Shown here in pieces: positions 37,183 through 47,945 of a stretch of DNA of 64,000 bases. The translations under genes and the position numbers were made by a program. The notes below the pieces were generated by a model, which had not been told where the DNA came from, ran no database searches, and saw only the letters and a program-made list of their open reading frames with translations. The DNA comes from a virus. The DNA lies in the IMG/VR virus record IMGVR_UViG_3300028840_004217, positions 1 to 64,000 of that record; one strand, given 5' to 3'. Every line of letters starts with the position of its first letter. Positions within the stretch are counted from its first letter, which is position 1.

Positions 37183-39380
37183 TGGCCCTCGACACCACAG
37201 CTGTCAGTCTCAAGACGCACGTCCTCGTCACGATCAAACTGACGGGCAAGACCTTGCGCATCGCAGAACGGCACGTCACGCTGGACGACGGCTTCCCGTA
37301 TGACGGGCGGCTCGACATCAAATCGACCGCCGACCTCCAGCAGTTTCAATCGACCTACCAGCCCATCCCGCGTGTGAGTTCGTTCACCCTCAAACTCGAC
37401 AACCGGGACCAGGGGCTGAGCGACGACCTGGACAACTACATCTGGGGCAACAGGGACGTCGAGATACGGGCGGGTGAAGGCACGACGGTGGACGATTACT
37501 CCTTGATATTCACCGGCTTCATCGAGTTCCCCACCGGCATCAGCCGGTCCGAGGACTACGTGTGGGTCCGCGTCGTCAACGCGATGTCGCGCGACAACAC
37601 CAAGTTTCCCACGGGGCAGTACACAGAGGATGACTTCCCCGACATCGACCCGTTCCACGCGGGCCGTGTGGTGCCCATCCTGTACGGCGACTTCACGGAC
37701 AGCCCGACGAACACCACGCCCTGCACCTGCATAGACACGACCACCAACCTGTTCGAGTGCTCCGGATCGAGCATCGTGTCCGTGGGCCAGGTGTTTCACA
37801 ACGGCGTGGCCGTGGCCCACAGCCTGGTGTCCACGGCTCCGCAGGGGCGGTTCACCATCACGACCTATACGGCGTCGTCCGACATCGTGACGGCACGCAT
37901 CGCGGGCAAGACCGGATCGGGCGTCGATCTGCCCGGCTCCTTCTCGGACGCGATGACGCATCCCGTCGATCAGCTCTATGACATGATGAACGTGGAGGCC
38001 GCCATACCCGCGGCCCGCATCGACCTTCAGAGTTTCATAGACACCAAGAACGTGGACACCACGCTCAAAGGACGCCGGTTCCTGGACGAGTCGAAAAACA
38101 TCATGGCGTGGGCCGCAGAGGTCGCCAACGAGTTCAGCTACGACCTGTACGTGACGGGCGGGTGCTATACGCTGGCCTTCCGCGAACCCGCCGCACCGTC
38201 GGGCACGCTCCTGCGGCAGGAGGACATGGTGGGCGGCTTCACTCAGCACGACGACCCCAACCGCCAGTTCGCCAACCGCATCAAAGCCCGGTACAACTAC
38301 GACCCGGCCCACCTGTCGTTCAACGGGTCCTTCACCGTGGACGGGACGACCAGCCAGACAGACTACGATGTGATCACGGGCCGCACCGTCCGGTATTACT
38401 GGCAGTATGACACGTCGAAAGCCGAGAACCAGGCGCGGCGTGAACTGCTCATCAACAAGCGGGTCACGTCGCTGGTGACCGCCGAGTTCAAACACCGGGC
38501 CATGCTCCTGGAGTTGACGGACAGCGTGGTGTTCGACAGGGCCCACTTCTCGGAGGTGCCGATGCTGGTGCGCGGGGTGGACCGCGACTGGAACCGGCTG
38601 CGGTCACGCCTGACCCTGTGGAACGTGCCTTCCTTCGCGGACACGGCGCGGTGGAGCGCGGACAGTGAGTTCTCATACTTCGCCAACACGATACCCAAGC
38701 AGCAGGAGTTGGGCTTTTGGGCGGACGAGATCGGAACCGTCGGCCTGACGCACACGATCCTCGACACGTTCACAGGTTCACCAGGTACGGCCATCGATGG
38801 TCGCCTGATGGACAGGGGCGGCACCTGGAAACAGATTTCGGCGCAGGGTGCGGCCACGCCCGACTTCCAGATCGTGGGCAACAACATTTGTTCCGGCATC
38901 ATACCGTTCAGCGCGAACACGACGGCGGGCGCCATCGTTCTGTCGTCCGTCCTCGTGGGTGAAGTGGTCTGCACATTCCCGGTGCTGAACGACTCGGGCG
39001 TGCCCGCCTCCGGACTGCTCATACGGTGGGTCAGTCCGAGCCAACACTGGCGCGTCCAGATAGAGGACGCCTCCTCCAGTTTCTACATGATCAAGTTCGC
39101 CAACGGCCTTCAGGTCTCTGTGGGCGTGACCAACACGATGAACGTGAACGCGGGCGACTCGATCCTGGTGACGTGCCTCATGACGGCCACGGGCGTCAGT
39201 GCCAAGGCGCACAACCTGAACGACGGCTCCAGCGCGGAGGTGGCGGAGCAGGCGGACACGACGGACAGCAAGTGGCACGGCATCTATCATCAGGCCCGAT
39301 CCGGCTCGGGCGACATAGGATTCAATGACTTCAAGGTTATACCGGGCGCGAGTGGCCTAGGACAATCATACTGGTATTGA
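37182..39380 (+). CDS. putative tail tip / baseplate hub protein
   Basis: LDNRDQ...PILYGD...NRIKARY...LLELTDSV; position in the tail module. Confidence 0.6.
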   Translation: MALDTTAVSLKTHVLVTIKLTGKTLRIAERHVTLDDGFPYDGRLDIKSTADLQQFQSTYQPIPRVSSFTLKLDNRDQGLSDDLDNYIWGNRDVEIRAGEGTTVDDYSLIFTGFIEFPTGISRSEDYVWVRVVNAMSRDNTKFPTGQYTEDDFPDIDPFHAGRVVPILYGDFTDSPTNTTPCTCIDTTTNLFECSGSSIVSVGQVFHNGVAVAHSLVSTAPQGRFTITTYTASSDIVTARIAGKTGSGVDLPGSFSDAMTHPVDQLYDMMNVEAAIPAARIDLQSFIDTKNVDTTLKGRRFLDESKNIMAWAAEVANEFSYDLYVTGGCYTLAFREPAAPSGTLLRQEDMVGGFTQHDDPNRQFANRIKARYNYDPAHLSFNGSFTVDGTTSQTDYDVITGRTVRYYWQYDTSKAENQARRELLINKRVTSLVTAEFKHRAMLLELTDSVVFDRAHFSEVPMLVRGVDRDWNRLRSRLTLWNVPSFADTARWSADSEFSYFANTIPKQQELGFWADEIGTVGLTHTILDTFTGSPGTAIDGRLMDRGGTWKQISAQGAATPDFQIVGNNICSGIIPFSANTTAGAIVLSSVLVGEVVCTFPVLNDSGVPASGLLIRWVSPSQHWRVQIEDASSSFYMIKFANGLQVSVGVTNTMNVNAGDSILVTCLMTATGVSAKAHNLNDGSSAEVAEQADTTDSKWHGIYHQARSGSGDIGFNDFKVIPGASGLGQSYWY

Positions 39381-39392
39381 GGAGGATTTCGT

Positions 39393-39635
39393 ATGGCATG
39401 GGCAGAAGTGACGGTGGGCGACGCGATCAAAGCGTCGGACCTCAACAACCTGATCACGGCACTCGAAAACATGTTGTTGAGTACGGGGTATCTGGACACG
39501 TCGAACAAACCAGCGGCCACCGGGTCATCAGGCACGGCGGGTCACATCACGTATGGCGATGATGCCGGTACGTCCTATATCTATGTCTGTACGGCAACCG
39601 ACACCTGGAAGCGGGTGGCACTGGCCACGTGGTGA
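39393..39635 (+). CDS. small tail-fibre-associated protein
   Basis: GTAGHITY...YIYVCTATDTWKRVALATW motif common at phage fibre ends. Confidence 0.55.
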   Translation: MAWAEVTVGDAIKASDLNNLITALENMLLSTGYLDTSNKPAATGSSGTAGHITYGDDAGTSYIYVCTATDTWKRVALATW

Positions 39636-39870
39636 TGCGTCATGAAACGGACACGAATACTCGTCTCCCCAAACATGAGTCCCCGGTACCCGGCCAACAC
39701 GAAGGTCCAGGCTCCGCAGCCGAGAGAAACCGTTGTCGCGGAGCTGGTGTTCGACGCGGAACCCGTCGCGCCCCGCAGGTGGTATCGGCGGTGGTGGTGG
39801 TGGGCGATCACGGGTGGCGGTGGTGGCCTGGGGTATCTACTGTACAACCTGATATTTTGAGAGGCGGACC

Positions 39871-40800
39871 ATGAACCGACGAGGACCGAGAGTTTTATAC
39901 AACACCGAGTATGCCGGCATGATACGCCCCGCCTTTGGCACGTACCCGGTCACGCAGTTGCGCAACCCTGGTCAAGCTTCACCCTTCGATCCGCGTGACT
40001 TCGGAACGACGGAGGACAACCTGATCCTCTTCTTGAAGTGCGGTGACAACAACCAGTGGAGCGACGAAGAACGGACGAACCCGGCGACGGACGACGGCAA
40101 CTGGGTATACACTATCGAGAACCTGAATCAGGTGTCGCCCGACCCGCTTGTTTACGGTGAGGCCATCAGTGATGCGACACGCGCCCGGTATTACATCGAT
40201 GCCTACAGCAGCGGCTATCCGGCGTGGTACTTCGACGGGGTGGGCGACATTATACGGTGGCTGAACGTCAGCCTGGCCTTCGAGGACATGAACGACAACG
40301 GGGCCACCGTCATCTTCGTGTTCAACAGCGTCACGCAGTACAGCACCTACGGCGTGGGCGGGCTGTCCTCGATACCGAACAAAGATCAGTACGGCGCGGG
40401 CGTGTGGCACGATCCCGACGGCAACCTTCAACTCAACAGTCTCGACTCGGAGAGCGAACCGGGCCTGGCGAACGTGTCTCGGTGGAACCCCGAAGTCGGC
40501 GAGTACGATTACATCGACACGGACGGCCCGCATTACGCCGCAGTCACGCTCGACAACAAAACAAACAAGTGGCACCACACGTACAGCTACAACGACAAGC
40601 AGCTCGTGGGTACGCAGGCCGCCAACAACATGGCGATCGCGGAGAACTGGTCGACGTTCACCATCGGCGCGGTATCGTGGCAGGAGGGCACGAACTATGG
40701 TGAAGGCTATGTGCACGCCGTATTGGTGTATGACGAAGCCCTGGCCGCAGCGACCATCGTGAATCTTATTAACACGATGAAACGAGAATGGTACCCGTAA
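39871..40800 (+). CDS. LamG/concanavalin-like virion protein
   Basis: WYFDGVGD...FTIGA...GYVHAVLVYDEAL. Confidence 0.55.
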   Translation: MNRRGPRVLYNTEYAGMIRPAFGTYPVTQLRNPGQASPFDPRDFGTTEDNLILFLKCGDNNQWSDEERTNPATDDGNWVYTIENLNQVSPDPLVYGEAISDATRARYYIDAYSSGYPAWYFDGVGDIIRWLNVSLAFEDMNDNGATVIFVFNSVTQYSTYGVGGLSSIPNKDQYGAGVWHDPDGNLQLNSLDSESEPGLANVSRWNPEVGEYDYIDTDGPHYAAVTLDNKTNKWHHTYSYNDKQLVGTQAANNMAIAENWSTFTIGAVSWQEGTNYGEGYVHAVLVYDEALAAATIVNLINTMKREWYP

Positions 40801-41363
40801 AAGGAGTATATTATGCCGCCGCCAGTTGACAACGTATTCTATTTCATCATCGTGCCCGTGGCCCACCGATACACCATCATCGAGCAGGGTCCGTTCATCG
40901 CCGTGTTCGGTCCCAAGAAATCAGAGGAGTGGTACGATGAGTATATGCAGTGTGAACTGGTGGGTGCTGCTGATGCGGTGGACGCGGCGGCGACCCACGT
41001 ATGTGACGCCGGTGGAACGACGCGGGGCAAGTTCAACGCCCTGAACGGCGTGGTGGGCGCGTTCCCAGGCACGGTCTTTTTCGAGTATGACCCTGACACG
41101 CCGGGCGCGATACAGTCCCTACTGACGGCGCAGGGTCTGAAGAAGCGCATCGTTCAACCCCCACCGTGAGGTGAATCATGGCCCCGATCAAAAGCACGAT
41201 CATATCACCGGGCCGCGCCGGAATGGTGCAGCCCGCCTTGAACACGATCCGGACGCCGGGTGAAGGCAGCGTGTCCGCGGGCGCACCGGAACCAGAGGAA
41301 CAGACCTATTACTTCACGCCTGTATTACTCGCGTTGATGGTGGCCGACTAAACATAGAGGTGC

Positions 41364-42422
41364 ATGATGGCCGTAGCAAAGCAGGTACAATTCACGGACG
41401 GCTCTACACTGTGGGTGCAGTTCGCCAGCGGTACGGGCGACGCTGAGGGCGACCCCCTGATACTGGTGACGGACCGCGCCTCGGAAACGACCCTGGCCTT
41501 GATCGACGCCGCCGTGGGTGACGTCGATGATGCGGCGATAACCTCCGACTCGGACGGGACGCTCACCGGGTTCCTGCGCGGCCTGGTCAAGTGGGCCTAT
41601 GAGCGCATGCCCGCCTCGCTCGGACAGAAAACCAAAGCCGCCTCCTTCCCCGTCACCCTGGCCAGCAATGAAGATACCGTCACGGTGTCCGGTACGGTGA
41701 CGGCCAACGCCGGGTCGGGCAACTTTGCGACGACGGTGGCGAACGGGGCGAACGTCCCGTTGGGTTCCACCGCAGATGCGGCGGTAATCACGGACACCAC
41801 CGGAACCGTGTCGGGCAAACTACGCGGTCTGGTCAAGTGGGCGTTCGAGCGTATGCCCGCCAGCCTGGGACAAAAAACGAAGTCGGCGTCGCTGCCCGTC
41901 ACGCTCGCCTCCGATGAAGATACCGTCAACACGGCGGCGACGGCCACGGAGGTGCACGGCCAGAACGTGGGCGGTGAAGCGATCGTCAAAGAGGTCACGC
42001 TGACCCTCGACACGTCGGCCTACGCGGATGGGGATGTGCTGGCGGACACGCAGGAGGTCGCCAACGCGATCCGCGTCAACAACGGGACCGGGATGCTGCA
42101 CAGCATCGTCCTGCTCGACAAGGACGATCAGGGCGAGGCCCTCGACATCGTGATCCTGAAAACCAACGTGTCGATAGGTACGGAGAACTCGGCGGTGTCG
42201 ATCACGGATGCCAACGCGGACGAGATACAGGGCATCATAGAGATACAGACCGGCGACTATGTGGACCTGGTGGGTTCGCAGCTCGTCACCAAGCAGGGGC
42301 TGGCCATCTGCGTGCAGGCCGACACGTCGGCCACCAGCCTGTGGGTCGCCGCGATCAGCCGGGGCACGGGTACCTACACCGCCTCGGGCATCACCCTCAA
42401 ACTCGGATTCCTCCAGAACTGA
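41364..42422 (+). CDS. virion protein with an internal 51-aa duplication
   Basis: DAA.T.D..GT..G.LRGLVKWA.ERMPASLGQKTK.AS.PVTLAS.EDTV occurs twice. Confidence 0.6.
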   Translation: MMAVAKQVQFTDGSTLWVQFASGTGDAEGDPLILVTDRASETTLALIDAAVGDVDDAAITSDSDGTLTGFLRGLVKWAYERMPASLGQKTKAASFPVTLASNEDTVTVSGTVTANAGSGNFATTVANGANVPLGSTADAAVITDTTGTVSGKLRGLVKWAFERMPASLGQKTKSASLPVTLASDEDTVNTAATATEVHGQNVGGEAIVKEVTLTLDTSAYADGDVLADTQEVANAIRVNNGTGMLHSIVLLDKDDQGEALDIVILKTNVSIGTENSAVSITDANADEIQGIIEIQTGDYVDLVGSQLVTKQGLAICVQADTSATSLWVAAISRGTGTYTASGITLKLGFLQN

Positions 42423-42431
42423 GAAACGGCC

Positions 42432-43121
42432 ATGTCACTCATACTCCCGACAGTCTTCGGACGGGCGGTGCAGACGGCTCCGCGATGGCGCACCATTCTG
42501 TTCGATGATTTCACAGTCACTTCGGATATAGCTATCACATCGCGGTTGCCGAACAAGAGCGTGTTCGGTACGAATTGGACGGAGTTATGGCGCGATGCTC
42601 AAATCTTGGCTACCAATGACTATGCAGAGGTTGACCCTTCATCGGCCATTGGAGAAGCGCAATACAATGCCCTCGACGTCGGCGAGGAAAATATGTTGCG
42701 CGTGACGGCGCGCGTGGGGTTGTTTGATGCGAGTGACGATCAGGGATGTTCTGTGGCTGTATCGTTGCGAGAAAACGGTAGTTACGAAGGCTGGTCATTG
42801 TGGTTGGCCTCTGATGCTTACCCTGACATCGGTGGTTATATGATCTTGTATCAGATGACCGACCTGGGGGCCACATTCACGCCGAGGGCATCGGTTGAGA
42901 TACCGGGTGTCGTGGGAAACAACGAGTGGCATAATATCCGGTTGATCGCAGTGAACGATACACTGATCGGGGTTCATTTTCAAACCGGTTCCGTCATCAG
43001 TTACACGTCGAATTTTCATAGGGGGGAAACGCAGGTCGGTATACTTGGCGTCGATCTCGACGGCGCGGCGTGGACACCGATCCCCCGGTGGGATAATTTC
43101 AGGGTGGAGGTGTTGCGCTGA
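42432..43121 (+). CDS. beta-rich putative receptor-binding / lectin-like protein
   Basis: LFDDFT...WHNIRL...VGILG...WDNFRV; noticeably more AT-rich than its neighbours. Confidence 0.45.
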   Translation: MSLILPTVFGRAVQTAPRWRTILFDDFTVTSDIAITSRLPNKSVFGTNWTELWRDAQILATNDYAEVDPSSAIGEAQYNALDVGEENMLRVTARVGLFDASDDQGCSVAVSLRENGSYEGWSLWLASDAYPDIGGYMILYQMTDLGATFTPRASVEIPGVVGNNEWHNIRLIAVNDTLIGVHFQTGSVISYTSNFHRGETQVGILGVDLDGAAWTPIPRWDNFRVEVLR

Positions 43122-43382
43122 TGCCCAAGAAACCAAAGAAATATGAACGCATGCCCCTGCTCATTGAAACGAAGTGGGACCGCGACAAGCTGCCCCACGG
43201 GTTCTGTCAGATACCGCGCATCATGAAGAAATACCAGGTCCGCCGTTATGAAGACAAGAGCAAAGTGGACATCGTACCTGGCGTCACGGTGTCCGATGTT
43301 CTGGTGGAATTCATCGACAAGAAAAATGAAGATGACGCCAAAAACGACCCTGATTTCAAGGTCAAATGAGAAGGTGATGGTA

Positions 43383-43865
43383 ATGAACCGCGAATGTTCA
43401 GACAACTATGTGGACATGCTGTTCATCGAAGACTCCCCGGTATTGGGCAAGATGCTGACCATGCGGTTTGAGATCATGACGGAGGGCGTGGTACAGTGTC
43501 ATTCACGCGGCACGCTCGAAGACGCGTTCCTGTTTCTACTCGACCATGAAGCGGCGGCGATCGTTCTCGACCTGAATCTGGAAACCTCGAAGGGTGCGGA
43601 CACGCTCAAAGAGGTCGAAGGTTTTCTGGCACGCCAGAACATGACGGATGTACCGGTGATCATCTTCACGGGCAGCACCAATGAAACCGTGTTGCGCCAG
43701 GTGCGGCAGCGACGGCCCGTGTTCATCAAGGGCGACGACGCGGAGCTGAACGGGCTGACGGAGGCTGTATACCAGGCGTTGGGTACGCATCTCAAAAAGG
43801 CCACGAAGGGTTTGACGAATGACGACATCACGCTGGCCGAACTCAACGTCAGATTGGGAGCCTAA
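43383..43865 (+). CDS. single-domain response regulator (REC)
   Basis: LFIEDS acidic pocket, IVLDLNL phospho-Asp, PVIIFTG, FIKG conserved Lys. Confidence 0.8.
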   Translation: MNRECSDNYVDMLFIEDSPVLGKMLTMRFEIMTEGVVQCHSRGTLEDAFLFLLDHEAAAIVLDLNLETSKGADTLKEVEGFLARQNMTDVPVIIFTGSTNETVLRQVRQRRPVFIKGDDAELNGLTEAVYQALGTHLKKATKGLTNDDITLAELNVRLGA

Positions 43866-44440
43866 TGACCGAGGACAAACACCTCACGATCACCGGAGCC
43901 GAAAGCAACGGAGACCGCATCTCGCTGGAGGATACGGTTCGCATACAGGCGTTGCTCACCAAGCTGATCGGCGACACGGAGAAGAACTGCCAGGCGGTGA
44001 TCGCGCTCGACAGGCTCATCAACGGGCGCAAGGACGACATGGAAACCGCGTCGCCGCCTCTGAAGGCTCTGGTCAACAATCATCAGCGCGTGTGTGAGGA
44101 GCTGAATGACCACCACATTCTATCCCGCGTGGACACGATGTGGGCACGCCACGAGAAGGAACAGAACGGCAAGGGCGTGTCCCACAAGTTCCTCTGGACG
44201 ACGCTCGGCGGTACGGTGGGCATCCTGGTCGTCGTGTTCGGGTTGCTGTATAACGGCCTGTCGAGCAAGGTGGACGGCGTGGACAAAGAGGTGGAACGCC
44301 GGGCCTTCATCATCGAGAGCAACACCACGATGAACGCGGAGCAGAAAGAGGACATCAAGAAATTGCAGGGTGATCTCGAAACTACGCGGCAGCACTTCCG
44401 GGACCACGAGACAGACAACAGCCACAACAGATCGAGGTGA
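43865..44440 (+). CDS. single-TM coiled-coil membrane protein (lysis-region)
   Basis: TM segment FLWTTLGGTVGILVVVFGLLY flanked by coiled coils. Confidence 0.55.
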   Translation: MTEDKHLTITGAESNGDRISLEDTVRIQALLTKLIGDTEKNCQAVIALDRLINGRKDDMETASPPLKALVNNHQRVCEELNDHHILSRVDTMWARHEKEQNGKGVSHKFLWTTLGGTVGILVVVFGLLYNGLSSKVDGVDKEVERRAFIIESNTTMNAEQKEDIKKLQGDLETTRQHFRDHETDNSHNRSR

Positions 44441-44443
44441 CAC

Positions 44444-44902
44444 ATGGGCTTTCCGAATCCGCTGAAACTGATCGCAAAGGTAGGGTCCCTCATTCCCGGC
44501 CCTATCGGTGCGGTGGTCAATACGTTCCTCAATAAAGAAGGGGTCGCCCTCGATCCCGAACAGCGTGCCGCACTTGAAATGAAGATCAAAGAGCAGGTGA
44601 TGGCAACGATGGACGAGGCGGGCCAGGCCGACGCGGACTGGCGTGACTTCATGCTCGCTTATGAAGGGGCGGCAGACGATCAGCACGTCGCCATAAAACT
44701 GCTGCGGGGATCGGTCCGTCCTATCATAACCTACGCGGTCATCATCGAGCTGTTCATTCTGCTGAACGGGTGGACGTCGATCACGATTGACAATGTGCCG
44801 GCGCAATTCTGGACCGTCGTACAGATGGTCCTCGGTTTTTGGTTCGGCGGCCGTATGCTCGAAGGGGTGATACAGTCCGTCAAGCAGGGGAGGAAAACCT
44901 GA
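44444..44902 (+). CDS. holin (GTA 3TM-type)
   Basis: LRGSVRPIITY...FWTVVQMVLGFWFGGRMLE signature. Confidence 0.75.
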   Translation: MGFPNPLKLIAKVGSLIPGPIGAVVNTFLNKEGVALDPEQRAALEMKIKEQVMATMDEAGQADADWRDFMLAYEGAADDQHVAIKLLRGSVRPIITYAVIIELFILLNGWTSITIDNVPAQFWTVVQMVLGFWFGGRMLEGVIQSVKQGRKT

Positions 44903-45443
44903 TGCCGTACAGTGAACGAACCAGGCGGATCATGCACGTCGTGATACCGGGGGCCATCATCATCATCGCGGGCCTGGCCTTCGCCTTCATGATCCTCGGG
45001 ATAGGCGGTGAGTGACGTGGCCTATGAGATGCAGGTGCTGTTCGTGATCATCGCCCTCGTCGTGCTGTGGTGCGGCCTGGGTGACGGGTGGCTGGCCCGC
45101 ATGCCGGGCGGCTATTGGTGGACGGAGCACGCCCACCTGGTGGTCCTCTGTCTGCTGCCCCTGTCGTGGGGCTGGTGGGTCGTGCCCTTTTGGGCGTTCG
45201 GCGTGTACGCCTATGCCGACGATTTCTACCAGCACCGGAGGCGCATCCGGCCCGGTGAGGAAAACTACCGTTCGCCCCTCCACCTGTGGGCGTGGTATAC
45301 GCTGCGGCTGGACAAGGTGTACGAGTGGCTGGGCATAGACCGATAGGGGGCCGTCGATGAACCGGATGGTGTCGCGCGGCCTCATCAGCGATCGCAACAA
45401 AGCAACGATACTGAAATTTGAACGCATACGGAGGATGGGCCTG

Positions 45444-46187
45444 ATGTCATTCAGTGATTTCGACCTGGCGCGTGGCGCCGATGAAAATGTGGGCCTGGAC
45501 GGTAAGTTCGGGTATTTCGGAGCCGTCACCACGGGGGGCGACGACATCTGGACGCTCGGCGGCGCATACTCCGGACATATCACGGCGGGCGCGTCGATAG
45601 AGGCCATCAGCGACGACGGCAACGACGACGACGGCGGATCCGGCTGTCAGATCATCACGGTGCAGGGACTCGCGCCCGTCACCCTGGCCGAGATCAGCGC
45701 GGACATCAACATGAACGGCACGGACCCCACGGCCTACGCGAACAAGCAGTTTTTCCGCGTCAACCGGTTCTTCCCGAAGGACGGCGGCGTGGGCACCTAC
45801 CACGGCAACAATGCGGGCAACATCTGGGTGCGGACGGCTGCTGGCATCACCCTCTCCTACATGGAGGCCGGCTTGGGCCAGACGGAGCAGTCGCATTTCT
45901 GCGTGCCTGCGGGCAAGCGGGCCTACCTGGACAACCTGGAAGCGTATGTGGAAACGACCAAGGCGGCGGAGCTGCGCCTATGGCAGTCCCGGAATGCCGA
46001 CGACGTGACCACGCCGTTCAGCCCGAAGCGGCTGGTGCGCCGGTTCACGGGTCTCACCGACTACACGCCCCACGACCTGCACCAGTTGGAGATCGAGGAA
46101 AAGACGGACGTGTGGTTGGAGGGCATATCATCAGCGGGTACGGCGGCGGTGGCGACGGTGCTCGATTATAAGTTGAGCAACATTTAA
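45444..46187 (+). CDS. conserved phage virion-associated protein
   Basis: KFGYFGAV...DIW...DDGGSGCQIITVQGL...FFRVNR...GQTEQSHFCVPAGK...IEEKTDV. Confidence 0.55.
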   Translation: MSFSDFDLARGADENVGLDGKFGYFGAVTTGGDDIWTLGGAYSGHITAGASIEAISDDGNDDDGGSGCQIITVQGLAPVTLAEISADINMNGTDPTAYANKQFFRVNRFFPKDGGVGTYHGNNAGNIWVRTAAGITLSYMEAGLGQTEQSHFCVPAGKRAYLDNLEAYVETTKAAELRLWQSRNADDVTTPFSPKRLVRRFTGLTDYTPHDLHQLEIEEKTDVWLEGISSAGTAAVATVLDYKLSNI

Positions 46188-46562
46188 ATGAAGGAGGCGT
46201 TCGTGGACATCGTGATCATCATTCTATACTTCTATTTCTGGAGCGTGGTGGGTCTGCTGATACACCTGTTTAAGTCGATCAGCGTACGGCGCGGCTACAT
46301 CAAGGACTACGGCCTGCGGCGGTATCTGGCGGACCACGCCTATGCGCTGGCGGCCACGCTCCTGTTCCTGCTGGTGGCGGCGCAGCAACACGCTACGGGC
46401 GTGCCCGACATATTGGGCAAGGTACTCGTCATCAACGACACCACCAAGGAGTTCCAGTACGCGGTGATCGGCTTTTTCTCTATGACCATCTTGAAGTGGA
46501 TAACAGAGGTGGGCAAGACGCGGCTGGAGCGTTTCATCAAGAGTGTTCCCCAAAAATCCTGA
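46188..46562 (+). CDS. membrane protein
   Basis: Three hydrophobic segments. Confidence 0.5.
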   Translation: MKEAFVDIVIIILYFYFWSVVGLLIHLFKSISVRRGYIKDYGLRRYLADHAYALAATLLFLLVAAQQHATGVPDILGKVLVINDTTKEFQYAVIGFFSMTILKWITEVGKTRLERFIKSVPQKS

Positions 46563-46564
46563 TT

Positions 46565-46625
46565 TAATCGAGAAGGGGCCATAAATGCGTTCTAACGGCA
46601 TTTGGCCCCTCAGGTATATAATCAC
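46565..46625 (-). repeat. 61-bp element, inverted copy of 12890-12950
   Basis: 49/61 identity; internally palindromic (aggggcc..aaatgc / gcattt.ggcccct). Confidence 0.8.
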
Positions 46626-47945
46626 ATAGCCACGCGTCCGTTTCTGCTGTAGCGATAGGAAAGCGTGGCCGCAATCCTACCTTCCGTCCTCCCCCTCCTC
46701 GAACTTGCGCGACTTCACGATCTCAGCGATGGCCCGTTCATCCGCCTTGGACCGCCACGCCAGATAGGTCTGCTCGTCCGACAGGTGTTCCCGCAGTTGC
46801 TTGATGGCGCTGGCCTGGCCCTCCCGTATGTTGCGCGCCTCCTTGCTCTCGGCAGACCGCACCATCCGCTTGTATTGCTCCTCCAGCTCGGACAGATACC
46901 GCATGAAATGATTCCAGCTCGCGTAATAGTGCATCAGTGTTTTCCTCCCGTCAGCCGGTCCCACTGTCTGTGGAACGCGGGTTCCCAACGCTTCTTGGTC
47001 ATGACCGTGAATACGAGCAGCACCGCCAGGGCCGACAGCTTCAGCGGATGCGTCTGGTAGGCGGGGAAGCCGTAGTAGGCCGACGCCCCGCACATGGCCC
47101 CTATGATTATACACTTGATGAAGTACAACATCAAAGCCTCCGTATGTGGGACATGGCGTTCTCGACCGTCAGGATGGTGAAATCCTGGAGGCCGCTGTGC
47201 TTGCACATGTCTATGATCTGATCGTCCGGTACACCGGCGGTCATCATCTCCTCGACGGCCTCCAGCAGACCGGGCATGTTGTTCTGCAAGGTCTCATAGC
47301 TGATCCGCTCGACCTGCTCGGTCAGCGTGGGGTTCAGGATGGGCTCCGTCATGACGCCTCCTCTTTGAGGGGTACCAGGTGCGGGTAGTGCGTGATCAGG
47401 TGGCGCAGCAAGCCCTCGGCCTCCTCGCGGCTCAGCCGGTTGATCTTGAGGGCCACGTCGGTCGCCGTCCGCTTCTCGAACATGAACGTATTGGCCAGGT
47501 TGTACGCGCCCTCTATGTCCTCCAGCCAGGCCATGTAGTCCTGGTGCTCGGCGTGCTGTTGCTCGAAGGCCCGCTCGGACGCCTTCTCATTCTCCCAATG
47601 TTCGAGGATGACGTCCGCGAATCGGTCGGCCGTCTGCGCCAGCGACTCCTTCTTGCGTTCCCGGTACTGCTTGCGACTGCCGTAGTTGCCTATGGTCAGG
47701 TGGGCCGTGTTCTCATATTGGGTGCGCCAGCCCGTGCCCCGGTTGATCGGCTTGAACTCGGTCCACACCAACGTGCCGTCGATGCGGTCGACGCGGAGGG
47801 GGCTGCGCTCCACCTCATGGCCGTGTGCCTGGAGGACGTGAACCACCATGTCGACCACGCCCTTGACATAGGACCGTGCGGCGGCGTTGTTCGCGTCGCG
47901 TTCCTTCTGATCATAGATTGTCATGATGCTCTCCTCGTGCTTGGT

